64,000 nucleotides of DNA, from assembly GCA_964016885.1 (NCBI GenBank), contig OZ024746.1, positions 46,872,001 through 46,936,000 on the forward strand, read 5' to 3'. The notes beneath the pieces were generated by a model. That model had not been told where the DNA came from, did not search any database, and was given only the letters and a program-made list of their open reading frames with translations. Made by a program: the position numbers and the translations under genes. The first letter of the stretch is position 1, and the number at the start of each line of letters is the position of its first letter. Below, piece after piece: positions 39,701 to 54,438 of the stretch. The stretch comes from Eledone cirrhosa (Eukaryota).

Positions 39701-39761
<61 letters not shown>

Positions 39762-39766
<5 letters not shown>

Positions 39767-39851
39767 AGAAAGCGATTTGAAGTATCATCTTTGACTTGTA
39801 ACTTGAATTAAAATACGTATATACACATGCATACATACATTTGTGTGTATG

Positions 39852-39890
<39 letters not shown>

Positions 39891-39978
39891 TACACAAAAA
39901 TGTATGTATGCATGTATATATACGTATTTTAATTAAAGTTACAAGTCAAAGATGATACTTCAAATCGTTTTCTTAACA
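39762..39978. repeat. Inverted repeat (~95-bp arms) centred on (TA)n
   Basis: gttaagaaagcgatttgaagtatcatctttgacttgtaac.. and ..gttacaagtcaaagatgatacttcaaatcgttttcttaac; no HHR core seen. Confidence 0.9.
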
Positions 39979-40257
39979 TCTACGCACATTTTACTTTTAA
40001 TGTAATCAGGTAATATTAAAATATCCCCAGGACATCACTGTAAGATCTGGAGAATGCAATCCCCAAAGAAAAAAAAGAGATCATGGTCGATAAGTTATGG
40101 AGTTTAAACATTTTTTTTATATTTTACAGAGACGCATATGCAGTTGATTAGTTGTGTGAAATAAAGAGTGAGTTTTTAAGCATCATGTCATTTGTTATAA
40201 TGGCTCAATGTAATGCAAAGTTATAGTATAGGTTTATATATAAAAAATAAATACATT

Positions 40258-40288
<31 letters not shown>

Positions 40289-40619
40289 CTATGTATGTAT
40301 GTATATCTGCCTCCACATAAGCACGCGCATTCATATATATATAGCCATATTTAGACACTCACATACATCTATAGGGGCCTCATAGATAAGTTTCCAAAAA
40401 TATTACACGGTTCCCTTTCTGGGGTAGCTATGATATCTGCTTTCATTGCTTATCAAAGTATCATAGATTAATATTACTATATATATTATATGTATATTTA
40501 ATATATATTATGAAATTGCGAATATTGTTCACTAAAGCATGATGTATGTATAGAAATTTGTTTCGTGAAGACATTTGTTTCGTTGTGTCGGCTTGCCCAC
40601 CTGTAAGTTACTTGTAGCG

Positions 40620-41350
40620 GAAGTCATATATACGTTATCTCTTGCTGACATGATGTTGACTGAAGCATATAATCAACAACTGGTTGGTGTAATTGATCGA
40701 CGGAATAGCTGAAGTATGTTGACGTTAATTGTTGAGAAAGCGTTTTCTTTCCTGAACACATTTGACTAAGGTCAGAAATTAAATGAAGAGCTGAAAACGT
40801 TGCACTTTTCAATTGCATTGTAATTGACATTAAATGTACTTTTGATGTGCATTATTACTGTAACTGTTGGTTATGTGTAGTGGTTGTCTTCTTTGGTTAT
40901 TGCATAATCCTCAGGTTACGTTTGACATTATAATGATTCCATCCGCAATGTTTGTTTCAATGAAATATCCTGCAGCTTTTGCTGTAAAAAATATCTGCTA
41001 TCATAGTTTTGGATGTTCTTTGTGTTATTGGAAAATTCTTTATTCAATTTCTTAAGGTTGTAATCAATGTAAATGAAGGAGTAATAATTTAAAAGGGAGG
41101 CATTAAAATTGATATTAATTATGAAACAATTAATAAACGTAGGTGAGAAGTATATGTATCTGAATGGAAATTTACCTTTGAATCTATTGCTGTTTCTTGT
41201 TATTGATAAGTCTGTTTGTGCTGAATTGATTTGTGTATTCCTTATATAATGAGGTTTATTGTATTGATATGATTTCATTCTTGGTAATATTGTTCATTCA
41301 TCTTCTATTAAAGCGGTCGTTGAATTTTGCATTTGCCCTGCGGTGCAAAA
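40620..41350 (-). mobile_element. Possible highly decayed R4/Dong-like pre-RT fragment
   Basis: Broken K/N/Q-rich frames (FLQQKLQD..KRNLRIM) reminiscent of the R4 region before RT; weak. Confidence 0.25.
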
Positions 41351-41814
41351 CATTTCTTTTCTTATCTAGTCTAAATCTAGTCTAGTTTAAATTTTCTCTC
41401 TACGTATAGTAGTTGAATCACATTATGAAATGGAGAATGTAGATCCTGGTTTAATCATAGTGAAATTGAATATGATTACGCACTGAGTAATTGAATATGA
41501 TTACGCACTGAGCAACATATGAAAATATATGCCGATGGCAGGGAGGCAGCAAAGAGAGTGACACTTAACTTATTGCAGCCCATCCACAATGATTTTCTTA
41601 GTCGATGCTGTAAGTCATGCTACTAAGATTATATTATTTTTGAATTATTGTGACTTTCTATTCTGAATTGTTTAGAAGAATTTGTTTAAGGAACAAGCTG
41701 TGAATCGATTTTGTTACCACCAGTGTTGGTTTTATTTCAACTATGTAATCCTCCAGAAATTAGTGTATAGTTTATTCATAGTTGTCGGTTTTAATGGGAT
41801 TAATCTGTTTATGA

Positions 41815-41932
41815 TCTGAGTTCAAATCCCGCCGAGGTTGACTTTGCCTTTCATCCTTACAGGGTCGATAAAATAAAGTACCAGTAATGCACTGGGTAAT
41901 TGCTGGCCTTGTGCCTAAAGTAGAAACAATTA
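41815..41932 (+). mobile_element. Octopus-type SINE, 5'-truncated
   Basis: ctgagttcaaatcccgccgaggttgactttgcctttcatcc..gtagaaacaatt. Confidence 0.88.
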
Positions 41933-42992
41933 ATCTGTTATTGGTGTATTTTAGGGAGTATTTATTCACCTTCGTTAACTATTATGGAATGGTAATGAGC
42001 AAACTGTAATGTTTCAATGTAATGTTTCAACTATATATGTGGTGTGAAAATATCAATTGATCCAAAAGAGAATTAAGGATAAGTGCGTGAATATCAAAAC
42101 ATATGGAAATATATTTCACACGTGTTAGTGTATGTTGCATAAGCTGTTTCATATTTCAATAATTTATCTGAATATACATTAGTTTTTCTTCGTGTTTGTT
42201 AAGAAATATTTGTTCCCCCTCTGTGTCATTGATGACTGTGAATAGAAGTGTAGAAATGAAATGTTGGATATTACAAATGTTAACAGACATAAAAGGAGTG
42301 AATCCTATTTACACGAATGTGTAATTATGTGGACATGTAGTGGTTGTCATTTTTGCGACTTAGTCTGAAGTGGTTTATAGATGTTATCTTTTTTATGTTT
42401 GTTGATAATTATTGCTTCACCATCTGTACGTGTTAATGAGTTGATGAGAAATAACGGAATTCAAAACAACTGCAAAAAAAACAAATTCTATTTACTTGAA
42501 TGATTATTATTATTGAAGTGTCCATTATCCCTGGACTGAGTTGTAAGCCATACACTTAGATATATTTATGACTTCATTAGTAATCTTGTGTATTGTTGAT
42601 ATCGTTGTAAGATACTATAGTTATTCCATCATCAAATGTTCATTTTACATTAAACTCAGCCGCAAATCTGCCAGAATAGGAGCCATTTTAGATGTGGCCG
42701 GTAAAGGTTAAAAATGTATCTATTATATGTGGTCTGTCGTCTGTCTCTCATAGTACTTAAGATGATATTATTTTCTCGTTTACTCCTTCAACATATTTTG
42801 GTTTAGAAATTGTTTCAATATTTATGAAATAGAAAGCTTTTTCAATTAATAGTTGTCTGTGTTTCAATCTTACCTTTGATTGTTGGACACTACCAGAAAA
42901 CAAGGTCAATGAGGGAATGTAGACGAAAAAGTAGAAATAGTGAATTGGGCAGGAATCTTAAATTGTTATAATGGGAAAGGTTTGAATGAGGA

Positions 42993-43094
<102 letters not shown>

Positions 43095-43159
43095 TATTAT
43101 ATTTTGGAGAGTAGTGCTACCAATAAAAACACATTTAGTATTATTATTAGACATCCCTT

Positions 43160-43757
43160 TACGGTCTGAGTTCAAATCCCGCTGAGGTTAACTTTGCCTT
43201 TCATCCTTACGGGGTCGATAAAATAAAGTACCAGTAATACACTAGGTATTTGCTGGCCTTGTACCAAAAGTAGAAACAATTATTAGTTAAGCACGTGAGG
43301 GCGGTAGATTGGCATTATCAACAGAGCATCTGACAACATGCTTCGCAGCATAGACTTACGGCCCTTTTCATTCTAAGTTCAAACCCCGCCGAGGTTATCT
43401 TTTGCTTTCATCCTTAAAATAAAGCACCAGTAATGAACTGGTGTCGATTTAATCGACTTTCCCCTCCTCTTGAAATTGCTGGCCTTGTGCCTAAAGTAGA
43501 AACAATTATTAGTTAGGCAAGTTCGGTGGATTGGTATTATCGGGTGAGTGATCGTCGGACAGCATGTTTTGCGGCATATAGTTACACTCCTTTACATTCT
43601 GAGTTCAAATGCCACCAAGGTTAGCTTTGCCTTTCATAATTTCGGCGTCGATAAATAAAGTACCAATACGCACTGGTGACGATTTTATCAGCTTCTTCCC
43701 CTCCACCCTTGTGCCCCCTCATTGTGCCTAAATCAGAAACCATTGTTAGTTAGGCAA
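43160..43757 (+). mobile_element. Three head-to-tail Octopus-type SINE copies
   Basis: Units ~43160-43285, ~43295-43512 and ~43523-43757, each ending agaaaca..ttagtta. Confidence 0.85.
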
Positions 43758-44097
43758 CAAATTCATTCTACGATTAGTTTAGTAACTGCATTTTTATTCT
43801 GTTGTCAGCTTTAATTGCCAAATCTCTTTCCTCACAGATTCTGTAATGTTCTCAATGAATATTCTTGCTCGTCTTTCTTTTCTCTTTCCTTTCATTGTAT
43901 TCTATATACTTCATCTTCTCGTTTTGTCAACATAAACCTATCAATGTATAATAATGTCTATTTCAACACACGATCTCACTGCAGGAAGCTTGAGAAACAA
44001 GAAACAATCATATATATATGTATATATATATGCGTATATATATGTGTGTGTGTGTGTGTGTGCCTTTGTCTGTCTGCCTTTGTATATTGTGTTAAAG

Positions 44098-44168
<71 letters not shown>

Positions 44169-45502
44169 AATAGATGGAGAATTGTATATATATAAGGAAG
44201 GAAGATATACAGGAAGGAAACAAGATAGCAAGCAAGGAAGTCATCACCCCATGATTGGTAAAAGGATTACCAACATTGCCTTGAGCTCGATCAATTGTCA
44301 CTGCGTCTTTTCTCCGCGGTCTTCTTGTATCAAACGTAGAAATTTTCATTGTATTATTTACAATAATAAATATTATTGATTTCTACCATAACCACAATCT
44401 ACGTGAGACATTGACAGAGCTGAGTCAATTTAATAGACCTGGTACCTGGCTGCTAAGTTATCAAAGAGGAAGGAAATGCCGAGGAAATCTCTACGTAGTT
44501 GCATGAACTATAGTCCCATCTAACAACGTCTACAATTCCATTCAAACAAGAAGCCTATGACTATATATATGCATGTCATTTGTATCTACAGGCGTTGAGG
44601 TCAGTAATGACCGTTATAGACAAGTGTCACTGTTTCTGTCTCTAATGATATATACACATGTGAGAGTGGTGGAGGGGGTATACAGAAGTAAAATGAAAGA
44701 CGCATTATAAACTCTTTATGTATCTATTCATTTATTATAATTTTTTTATTGTTCTGTATCTTTTTAAGTTTCAATGCAAACCATTTTATAGTATTCAAAA
44801 AAAAAAAAGAACTTCAAAATTTCTTTTGTTTAGATTTCTTATGTTCCTAAGAAGTTTCGCGTACTGTGCTGGGTCCAGAATAATAGATGTGTAAGTTGAG
44901 GCATTTAAAACATAATAGTTTCTAAATTTAGATACATTTTTCGTTTCTAAAATAGCCTGCGGAAAGATTGAGTAAAACAGACAAGAACTGTTAGAATAGT
45001 ATAAAATTGAAGCGAATCACCTTTCTTCACTTTCCAGGTAAATGTAGAAGTAAGTATGTTGAAAAAGCTTAGTCTATTCTCAAATACGTTTACATAAAGC
45101 TATTACAAAATCTAGAGGTGAGAATATCCGGTTAGATACCTTATCAAACACACGATTGCTATATCATCAGATTTAACTTATTAAACAAAAAGCTTTATAT
45201 TGGCAGCCTTTATGTAAACTTATAAAACGCGAGATCAAGTCGGCAAATCTTTTCAAGTACGTGACAGATGCTATTGCCAAAAGCTTTTTGTAAAAAGAAC
45301 ATCAAGCTGTTTCACACGTCAATGCACCATATGTATTAATTTATTAGATTTTTATTACATGAATATAAAATGAAATTAAAAGTGTGATTCTGACATTCAT
45401 GCTTTTTGACGTATTGGAAAGACAAGTCTTCAAATGTTCGCCTATGGTGTTTTATTCATCGATATAACACACGGCGAAACCGAAATATATTGCGATGCCA
45501 AC

Positions 45503-45563
<61 letters not shown>

Positions 45564-46345
45564 ATTCATGTTTATCAATAAAACAATGTCCAATAGAGAG
45601 AAAGATGCAATAGTGGTGTGAATCAGTAGCTTCGAGCAAAAATATATATTCTACTTTATGTATTCATTATTTTTCTCCAATTAACATTTCCTCTTTCCCT
45701 AGACAAAGAGAGAGAGAGAGGGAGAGAGAGAAAAACAGGAAAAAAAACGCAAAAAAATGCATAAAGGTACAAAACAATAAACAGTTATAAAAGAGATTAA
45801 TGATTTTGTTGAATAATATTTTACTCCATTTATATGAAGATATTATTTTTGATTGGCAAATCTTATCAATACGTTGCACCTGGAAAGTTTTAGTTTCTAA
45901 AATGTCATCTTCAATTCAACCCGATACAACCATGACGGTTCTGGATAGCCTATACTAGTACATGATTGTGATTCTATACGACATGCTCTTGATAAAATAT
46001 AGTGTAATGGTTATATGGCCTGTACAAAGTCAACAAAGACTTTATTCATTAAAATTATCTGGTGCTTGTTGTTTCGAACATTAAAGAACTGACTGAGATA
46101 ATTACGAATTTGATAATTTATCACTAGTTTCTAACCCCAATTTTCCCTACCCTTGAATAATTATATTTTACCGGAATTATTTGACCCATGATACATTTGG
46201 AATATCCTTTATATCTATTGTTTCCCTATGCGGTCCCTCTTCTGCTAATTTATATACGTTCCTGCCTACACTAGTATCTACATTTCATGACATCTAAATC
46301 TTAGTTACTTGTTTATATTCTATAGATAGAAATCTACCGTCTGCA

Positions 46346-46399
<54 letters not shown>

Positions 46400-47018
46400 A
46401 TACATACACATTAATATATACACTATTCAGCTGTAGCCAAATCGAATCCAATTCGAATTAAATCATATATATATATAAATAATATACTGACATGTCCGAA
46501 TCACAGGCTTGTGTTTCTGAATTATGTTTGTGCGTACTGTAACACACAGGGCATAAGCGTAATCTGTCGGGAAGTGAGTGAATTGTCTTATTGAATATAT
46601 CTGATTATATATACCTTCATTCCAGCTCAAAACAAGATAAATATTGGCGTCAACAGACTCGAAACGTCGTGATTGTCAGAGGAATATAATCTTATGACGA
46701 CTCATTTAAATATTAAATTACAAAACTAATATAAAATGTGGAGTTATATTCTTTCCAATCTGTCATTTCTAGGTACCTTGTAATAAGTATGCTATACATA
46801 TATATATACACATACACATATAAAAACATACACTGATACACATACACATACGTACACAAATATACAAGCACACACACTCCTATATTGTGTGTTTGAAAAT
46901 TATTATAAGAAACTTTGAAATGACAGATCTTTTATATCTACAAGCACTGTTTCAGCCCTTTATTTAGCGCATGTTTAATGTTTATATTACGAGACCTTAT
47001 AAAACATGCACACACACG

Positions 47019-47148
<130 letters not shown>

Positions 47149-47358
47149 CGTATGTGGACCGAGACACAACATCAGCGATTCTATCAAAATAAACTTTTTC
47201 AGTTAACCCCTTTTCAGTTTTATAAAGAGATCGAAGGATAAATACAAAACGAAACACGTGTTTCCTGATCCAGTTGAGGCAACTGGAATTTGGAACAATA
47301 TCTGCTGAACACCTTTTTATCATAGTAATGAAACAGAGTGGTTTCAAGTAGTAAGACA

Positions 47359-47700
47359 TCAACTAAGCCAGAATGTGAAACAAGATAACAGCAGCATTAA
47401 CTCCAGTGATAGCAAACAGTTTGTTAAGGAAATGGCACGTTGGAAGGCCCCTGGCTCTATCGGCCTCCAAAGATCCTGGTATGAGAAAATGAGCAACATG
47501 CATGATAGGATAGCCAAGCACTTGAGCAAGTTCTTGCAGCTAGGAGAAATCCCAAATTGGATAACCAAAGGTTGAACAGTCCTTATATGAGAGGAAAATT
47601 AAAGGAAAATATGGCCGCTAATTACCGACCAATAGCGTGCCTGTCAATCATTCGGAAACAGTTAATTGATATTATTGGAAACAAGATCTACTTTCTACAT
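47359..47700 (+). mobile_element. R4/Dong-like RT N-terminal fragment
   Basis: WKAPGSIGLQRSWY..IPNWITKG*TVLI..NYRPIACLS. Confidence 0.8.
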
Positions 47701-48086
47701 CCAATACGTAAAGAAATGTAATATTTCAGTATGCGAGACGATTCTACGCCACAATTTGATGAATAGAAAACTTTTTAGTAAATTTACTTTGATTTTCTAA
47801 TTCAGTTGTCTGACATCGGAGCCATAGAGTTTTAATTAAACAGGTAATAGTGAGTTTAACCTAATTGTTTAGGAACACAATGTATAATTGACTTTAGTGT
47901 TTGTGTCTCCATCTATTAGTTTTTATATACAGAAACCTTTGTTTTATATTTTGGAAATATAGCGGATTTTAAAGAAGCATATTTAATAATACTATTTACC
48001 CATCTATGTATTACAGAAAAAAAACATGAAAATTAAAAATCGGGATTTTGTTTACGCAATGAAAGTATCTTTTACATACACACACA

Positions 48087-48187
<101 letters not shown>

Positions 48188-48214
48188 CGGCGATGAATTA
48201 GTTTTGCAAGGTTT

Positions 48215-48250
48215 TTTATAAATAGATAAATAAATAGATAAATAAATAGA

Positions 48251-48281
<31 letters not shown>

Positions 48282-48775
48282 ATACATACACAAGCACAAT
48301 AACAACAAACACATATAAACACACACTAGTAAACATAGAATACATTAACCAATACACAGAAACCCAATCACGAACACACATCAAACAAAACACTATACAC
48401 ACACGCAAACGCATGCGCAAAGAAGACAAAATAAAATAAACAAACAAACAAATAAATAAATAAATATATAAACAGACTAAATAAAGATGGCGTAGAAATA
48501 CAATGCAACGGGAGGAATCTATAGCACCACTGACGATGTTGCAGATGTGCAACGAAAGAACTTTGATAAACTATATATATGTATTTGTGTCTATATTGTA
48601 TCTGTATGATTTTTGACCGTTGGTCAGTCAATGGCAACATTGAGGACCGAATAAATTAGATTACCAATATAAAAGACACAGAAGCGAAAAGCGAAAAGCA
48701 ACCAAACAGTGAGTGCGTTCTGTTATTAATTCTGGCAATATTACACAAATATGACCCTCCCCAAATATAACAATA
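48215..48775 (+). mobile_element. Non-coding PLE 3' region (ATGACCCTCCC family) with HHR core at 48530-48563
   Basis: CTGACGA-tGTTGCA gatg TGCAAC-GAAA-GAAC-TT; stem I weak; homologous to 59270-59800. Confidence 0.78.
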
Positions 48776-48796
48776 GATATATATATATATATATAA

Positions 48797-48916
48797 AACG
48801 AAGGAGTTGTGGTAAGGAACCACATGGACCATAACGCACCAGAGTACTCAATACTTAGGGTAGTAGAGTGGGTAGTAGGAAAATGAATGACCCCGACGGC
48901 AGAAGTCATTTTCCTA
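48797..48916 (-). mobile_element. Short TA-flanked PLE tail fragment (20.2k family)
   Basis: cgaagga..tgtggtaaggaacca.atggaccataacgcacca.agtactcaatac shared with 20227-20282. Confidence 0.7.
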
Positions 48917-49190
48917 TATATATATATATATATATATATATACCGGAAAGATACCATATATATATATCTGTGTGTGTGTGCGTAGATACATTAACATAGA
49001 ATCAATACAATTGACTTTTAATTTGATTTTCTATCAAATACACATTAACGCAGGATTTCTCTTTGACCAGTTGTTGTGGTTGGCTGGATGTAGGTACATT
49101 TTCTTTCTATGTGTAGTATCAATATTTTACTCGCGTACGACAAGTTAGTTGAATTCAATAACCAGTATATTAACAATATATTTTGTCGTG

Positions 49191-49264
<74 letters not shown>

Positions 49265-51859
49265 ATATATGTTTCTTCCTCTGTGTGTGTTTGTCTGTGT
49301 TTCTGTGTGTCTCTGTGTGTATGCGTGTGCATGCGTGTGCATGTCTGTGTGTATGTGCGTGTGTATATACATTAAGCTCTAAGTATATAATTCATTTGTT
49401 CCATTTTTATAAGAATATTGTTGCAATCTATTTTGTTACTCCCATTAAAATATTTAAATGCCATAATGTCTGGCTCAATCAAAGTATTACCTACAACATT
49501 TCGAGGATAGAAAAGAAATAAATTCTTGAAATATCCATATTTGACGTAAATCTGGTTTATCTCATTGATGTGATATTTATTTCGATAAAAGAGAAATGCT
49601 TCGTATGACTTCTTTTTTAATAGGTTTATGAAAATGTTCTCGTATATCAACATTGTCCGTCTGTGTTCTATCAGATTTCAGAGAGGTTTATGGAAACTAT
49701 GCCATAAATATAAAGTATTAACAAAGGTTATACTGAAATAATGTTGTTGTTTATGATGATGTCGCTGCTGTTTATGATGATGTCGCTGCTGTTGGTGATG
49801 CTGCTACTAATGATTAGTACGTATATCTGTATTGATCATGCAGAATTATGGTTAATGGAGACACGATCATGGTCGCTATAACTTCATTCTTCAGCCACAT
49901 TTTTCTCATTGGGGGTCAGTATGGGGTTGTATGTCTATTATTACATACAATTTGAGCGATTAATTAGAGATCTCTACGTTTATTTCAACATCAGTTATTA
50001 GGCGGTGGATTGGCAGTATCGGTAGAGGGTCGGACGCCATGCTAAGGTAGAATGATTGGGCTTAAGAGATTAATCATTCCAACTGGAAAGATTCAAAGTG
50101 TCATTTAGTACTAAAGGAGTAACCTTCAACTTTTTTGTTCTGATTCGAGAAATGTTCCATGTAAATGGACGTCAAGGCAACATCTCAATAAATCTCACTG
50201 ATGATTGAATTATCAAATAACAACCTCAATTATACCCATTCTCTTGTTTTAATTACGATTTTTCTCACACTTAGAAGGTGAGCTATTCACTAGTGGAAAG
50301 AAAATGATTAAAAAGACTACAGTACTTGAATAGTATATGCTTTATTGATCCTATGGAGTTGAAATCAGTGCATAAAGAAGCGCAACTAAATACGCAAAAA
50401 GCATTCAGTTCGTCGTACTAAAGATCCATGAGCATGAAAAAATAAGAGCATATGAAATAGGAATATCCAAAATTTACAGTCGTCATTTTTTTCAACACAG
50501 ACATATGTTACGTTTTTAAATCATTTAACTGCAGCAAAATCTAATATTTAATAATGGATTTCAGGATTTTGCTAAAAGTAATCGCCATATATTACTCGAG
50601 AAAATCGTGATGTGCCGAGCCTGCGCTCTGGATTATGAGAACGCAGTATGTGTGTATGTTTCTTTTTGTATTTCATTCAGTTTTGTACTTACGTGTATAT
50701 ACGTTTTATTGAATATATTTCATATCCTCTATTTATTCTTTCATATCTTCATTCTAGTTTTTCATTAGCTAGAATATCAGTAGATACTTTTCAATTTACT
50801 TTGTGGAGTCGGATAAATACGACGTCATATGAAATACACTAATAAATCGGAGTCACTTCCCTCCATCTACACTGACATCCTTACATCTAGTGCAGGTGGC
50901 GTATATGTGTCAGTGTGTTTGTATCTGTGCATATATATATTCGTTATGAATGTACGTGAGAGAATAATAGCATGATAATTGAACAGATCACAATGCCTGG
51001 ATATTAAAATGCTGCTATCTTAATTTAAATTAGATTACTGATTGCTAATGAACCGCTATAGATTTCAGCTGTTAGTTTCTCATGATTTCTCACCTGACAT
51101 TGCAACAACACTGATGCTTAACATGAATTTCCAATTGTTTTCAGAATATAGATTTCTATATACAATCAAGTGAAATGATGTATATCACAAGACACGCTAT
51201 TCACAACTAAAGTTAATTTTATTCCCACCCGGCTGACTACCAGCCATACATTCATATATCTGTCGAAGAAAACATTTAATAACTTATTCGATTATTTTAC
51301 AACGGATGCCTATGATAGGTCGATAAATATGTCGCCATATTGGACATTTGATAATAGTCGCTGAATATAGAAACGTAAACTATACCGATCTTCTTTACTT
51401 GATTGAGTTCATTTAGAAATTGTTTTATTTATTGTTTTCTTTTATTCAGGTTAATCTCGACAATCTTAAGACTCTTTTGATGCAGGTGTTGATAGTGACT
51501 GCAGCTTTATTGTTCGAGTAGCTGGGTAATGGTAGGACGAATAAAATCGATTACATTGCTTGATAATTTAGCATTTACTCTGGTTCGTATAAAAGACGTT
51601 TATTATAACAATGCATTTAGTTTGTAGATGTCGCCAATGTTACTTAATAGTAAAGGCCGTAATAGTGATGATGATGGAGGAGGACTGTAGATGTATTGGT
51701 TTTGTTTAACAACTATGAGTTATTGTTTTGTAAGTTTTCATAATGGAAGTGATTATCAAAATCTCAATGTTTAGTTCATGTTTCATGGCTATTTGTGTTA
51801 ACTTTCCATTATTATTCATTAGATATTTTTGTAGTCCTACAGTAGTTATTTCATAATTG

Positions 51860-53275
51860 TTTTCTAGTTGCATAAGGTCTTGTCTTCCCCGTATTTGTAG
51901 AATGTAGAATGTTTCTTCAATGTAGTCATTATTTCCCTTGTTTTTCGGTTTGATCCAGCTAGTGTTTTTAGTGTATAGTCAAGATAAATGAAACTATAGC
52001 CTGTTACTGGGAACACTTGAGTATTGAAGTCTATTACCTTATTTCCTGCACTTAGATTCTTAGGTAGTAATTTAATCCCTATATATAATTTCTTTGTAAT
52101 CTTTTCTTTCATCTGTGTTGAAACCCGGCTAGTCTATTGACTCCTAATTGTTTGCATGTATGTGTTCGATCTAATTCTCTTATATCAGTTCCTTTATCCC
52201 GCGTGGTATTAGAAGTTTTCATTCGTTTTGATCTCTTTAAGGTTGTCTTGGCACATATTTTAGTCCGAATGTCACGACTGTTTCTTTTGTGAATCTTCAG
52301 CAGTGTTTAAGATATATTTCATCTGCAACGTACAGCTTGAAATCACCCATATGCAATAGATGGTTAGTTTTCTTACCATAGTATTTATAGCCACGCCCAG
52401 TCCTCTTTAGTATATCAGATAATTATGTCAATCCTAGGCAGAAGCTTAGTAGTGAAAGGAAGTCTCCTTGAAATATTCTTCAGTTAGAAGGGATGGACAT
52501 TTGTCTTTCCTTTGTATCTACAGAACTGATTGGCATTTACTCATGGGATTTGTTATGAATAGCCTTATAGTTTGCACCTCTTTGCTTATGGTTAGTATGT
52601 TCAGTATCATCTTATGAAAAACCTTGTCAAAGCCTCCCGGTAATCAATGCATGCCATGTTAAGATTCTTTTATTTATCTGCAGTTTTCTCTATTTGCTTT
52701 GTTGATTAATAATTGTTCTTCACAGCTATATGAGCCTTTTGATCATCCTTTCTGCTCTTCAGGAAATATGTTGTTTTTTCCTCTTGCAGGAGGGCATGTT
52801 ATAGGTCCGTAAGTTGCGTGGTTGATAAGTTACTATTCTTGATTTCAGGATGGCAATTTCTTTAGGAGGCTAATCGGGTGTTATTTTTGCTTCCGTCAGT
52901 CCCTCATTAAACCTTTGGACAAGTACACCATGTGTCCCTGTTAAATATCTCATGTTTGTAATTTTGTCATGTCCCGGTGCTGTTCAGTATGTTAGACACT
53001 TCCTCTGTTGTGATCTCTTCCCATAGTTGTTCAAGTGCCGAGTTACCTGTTCTTACCATACCTGCATGTGGCGATTCGTCTTCTGACCCAAATCCTCCCC
53101 CAAAACTCTTCCACTTATTTTACATTTGGAGCTACATGTATATTATTTTGCTTCAAAATAATTTCTTGGTAGAATCGATTTGGAATGGAGTGAGATGTTT
53201 GGTTTTGAGAAAAGACTGTCGGCGTTTTTCATAGCACCGAATTCTTTGTGCCTTCACAAGGTAAAGCTTCATTGA
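51860..53275 (-). mobile_element. Decayed R4/Dong-like RT fragment
   Basis: Minus: FPEEQKG*SKGSYSCEEQLLINKA, IFQGDFLS, NHLLHMGDFKLY, NLSAGNKVIDFNT..FPV..YSF. Confidence 0.85.
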
Positions 53276-53345
53276 ACTTTGCTATAGGAAAATAATCTAA
53301 ATATTAGGGCATATAAGCCCTCGTAACGGAAACATTCGCCAAAAT

Positions 53346-53417
53346 TGGCACCAGTGAGATTTGAACCCACATCTCCCTACTAGTCGGGCAGAATAATACC
53401 ATTGCACCAATGTGTGC
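53346..53417 (-). pseudogene. tRNA-like sequence (pseudogene or SINE head)
   Basis: A box TGGTGCAATGG, T arm GTGGG-TTCAAAT-CTCAC, ends GGTGCCA then TTTT; anticodon arm not clean. Confidence 0.5.
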
Positions 53418-54337
53418 GTCACATTTTATTCCATTTTAAAGCTATCGATACATAGCAAGAAATAAACAAATGGACCTATATTTAGAAACGATGAGCGAAA
53501 TTTTAAATTTATGAGAAAGTTCAAGCGTTGTCGATTTAAATAATTAATGAATAAATACATACAAACATGCAGACAAATAGACAATCAGACATATACACAC
53601 ACATGAAAGCAGCGATTCTTTGCTTAAATTTTAATCTGTTATTTTAATAAATATTTTGTCTGGGGTTCTTATATATTTGATATATATTTATCCTTATCGA
53701 GCCCTCTTTGGATTTTAGTCCTCAAATGTATTATTATTACTATATATATATAGTATATGTATGTATATATATATATATACATACATATACACACATATAT
53801 ATATTTATATATTTTTTCATATATTTATATATTATACATACATACATATACATATATATATATATACAGTATATATATATTTATATATTTTTTCCTCAGC
53901 TGCGATTGTCTGTTTCTTTCTTACTGCTTCCCCTCTCTCTGTATCTCTCACCTTCTTTTTACCCCCTCTGCCAGTCACACTCTCTCTCTCAGCTGGCCTC
54001 TTCCTCACACTTCCACTCACTCACTCTCTTCTTCTCCCCCTCTCTCACTTCCTCCCGTTTGACCTGTGTGAAATCCTTTTCGCGCTCACATCTCACTCAT
54101 GTCGGATGGTCTGTATCTCTCGTCCATGATTTCACCAAGCTTAAGCTTATAGATATCATGTACTTGTCTCTTCCAATCTTTCCGTTGCAATACCATCTTT
54201 GTTTGTTTACATGTCTCGCTCGCTTCACGCTATTTTACTTGTCCCAATAACTTTATTTAGTTACCAGAGGTATATGATTTTTAAATCGATGAAATACCAA
54301 TGAAGGTTGGAAGATCACTGATGAAGGACTAATTTTA

Positions 54338-54378
<41 letters not shown>

Positions 54379-54380
<2 letters not shown>

Positions 54381-54438
54381 CGAAGGAATTAGCCGTCGAA
54401 ACGGCTTGAGCTCAGCCGTCGGGGTCTTACTTGTTCCT
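54379..54438 (+). mobile_element. 60-bp TA-flanked insert consisting of an HHR 3' half
   Basis: gaattagccgtcGAAACGGCTTGAGCTCAGCCGTCggggtc identical to the 20.3k copy. Confidence 0.7.

Noticed and set aside
41464-41512. 25-bp-period tandem duplication AATTGAATATGATTACGCACTGAG
   Set aside because: Simple local slippage with no further structure
53346-53417. Functional tRNA gene
   Set aside because: Acceptor and anticodon arms do not pair cleanly; kept only as tRNA-like
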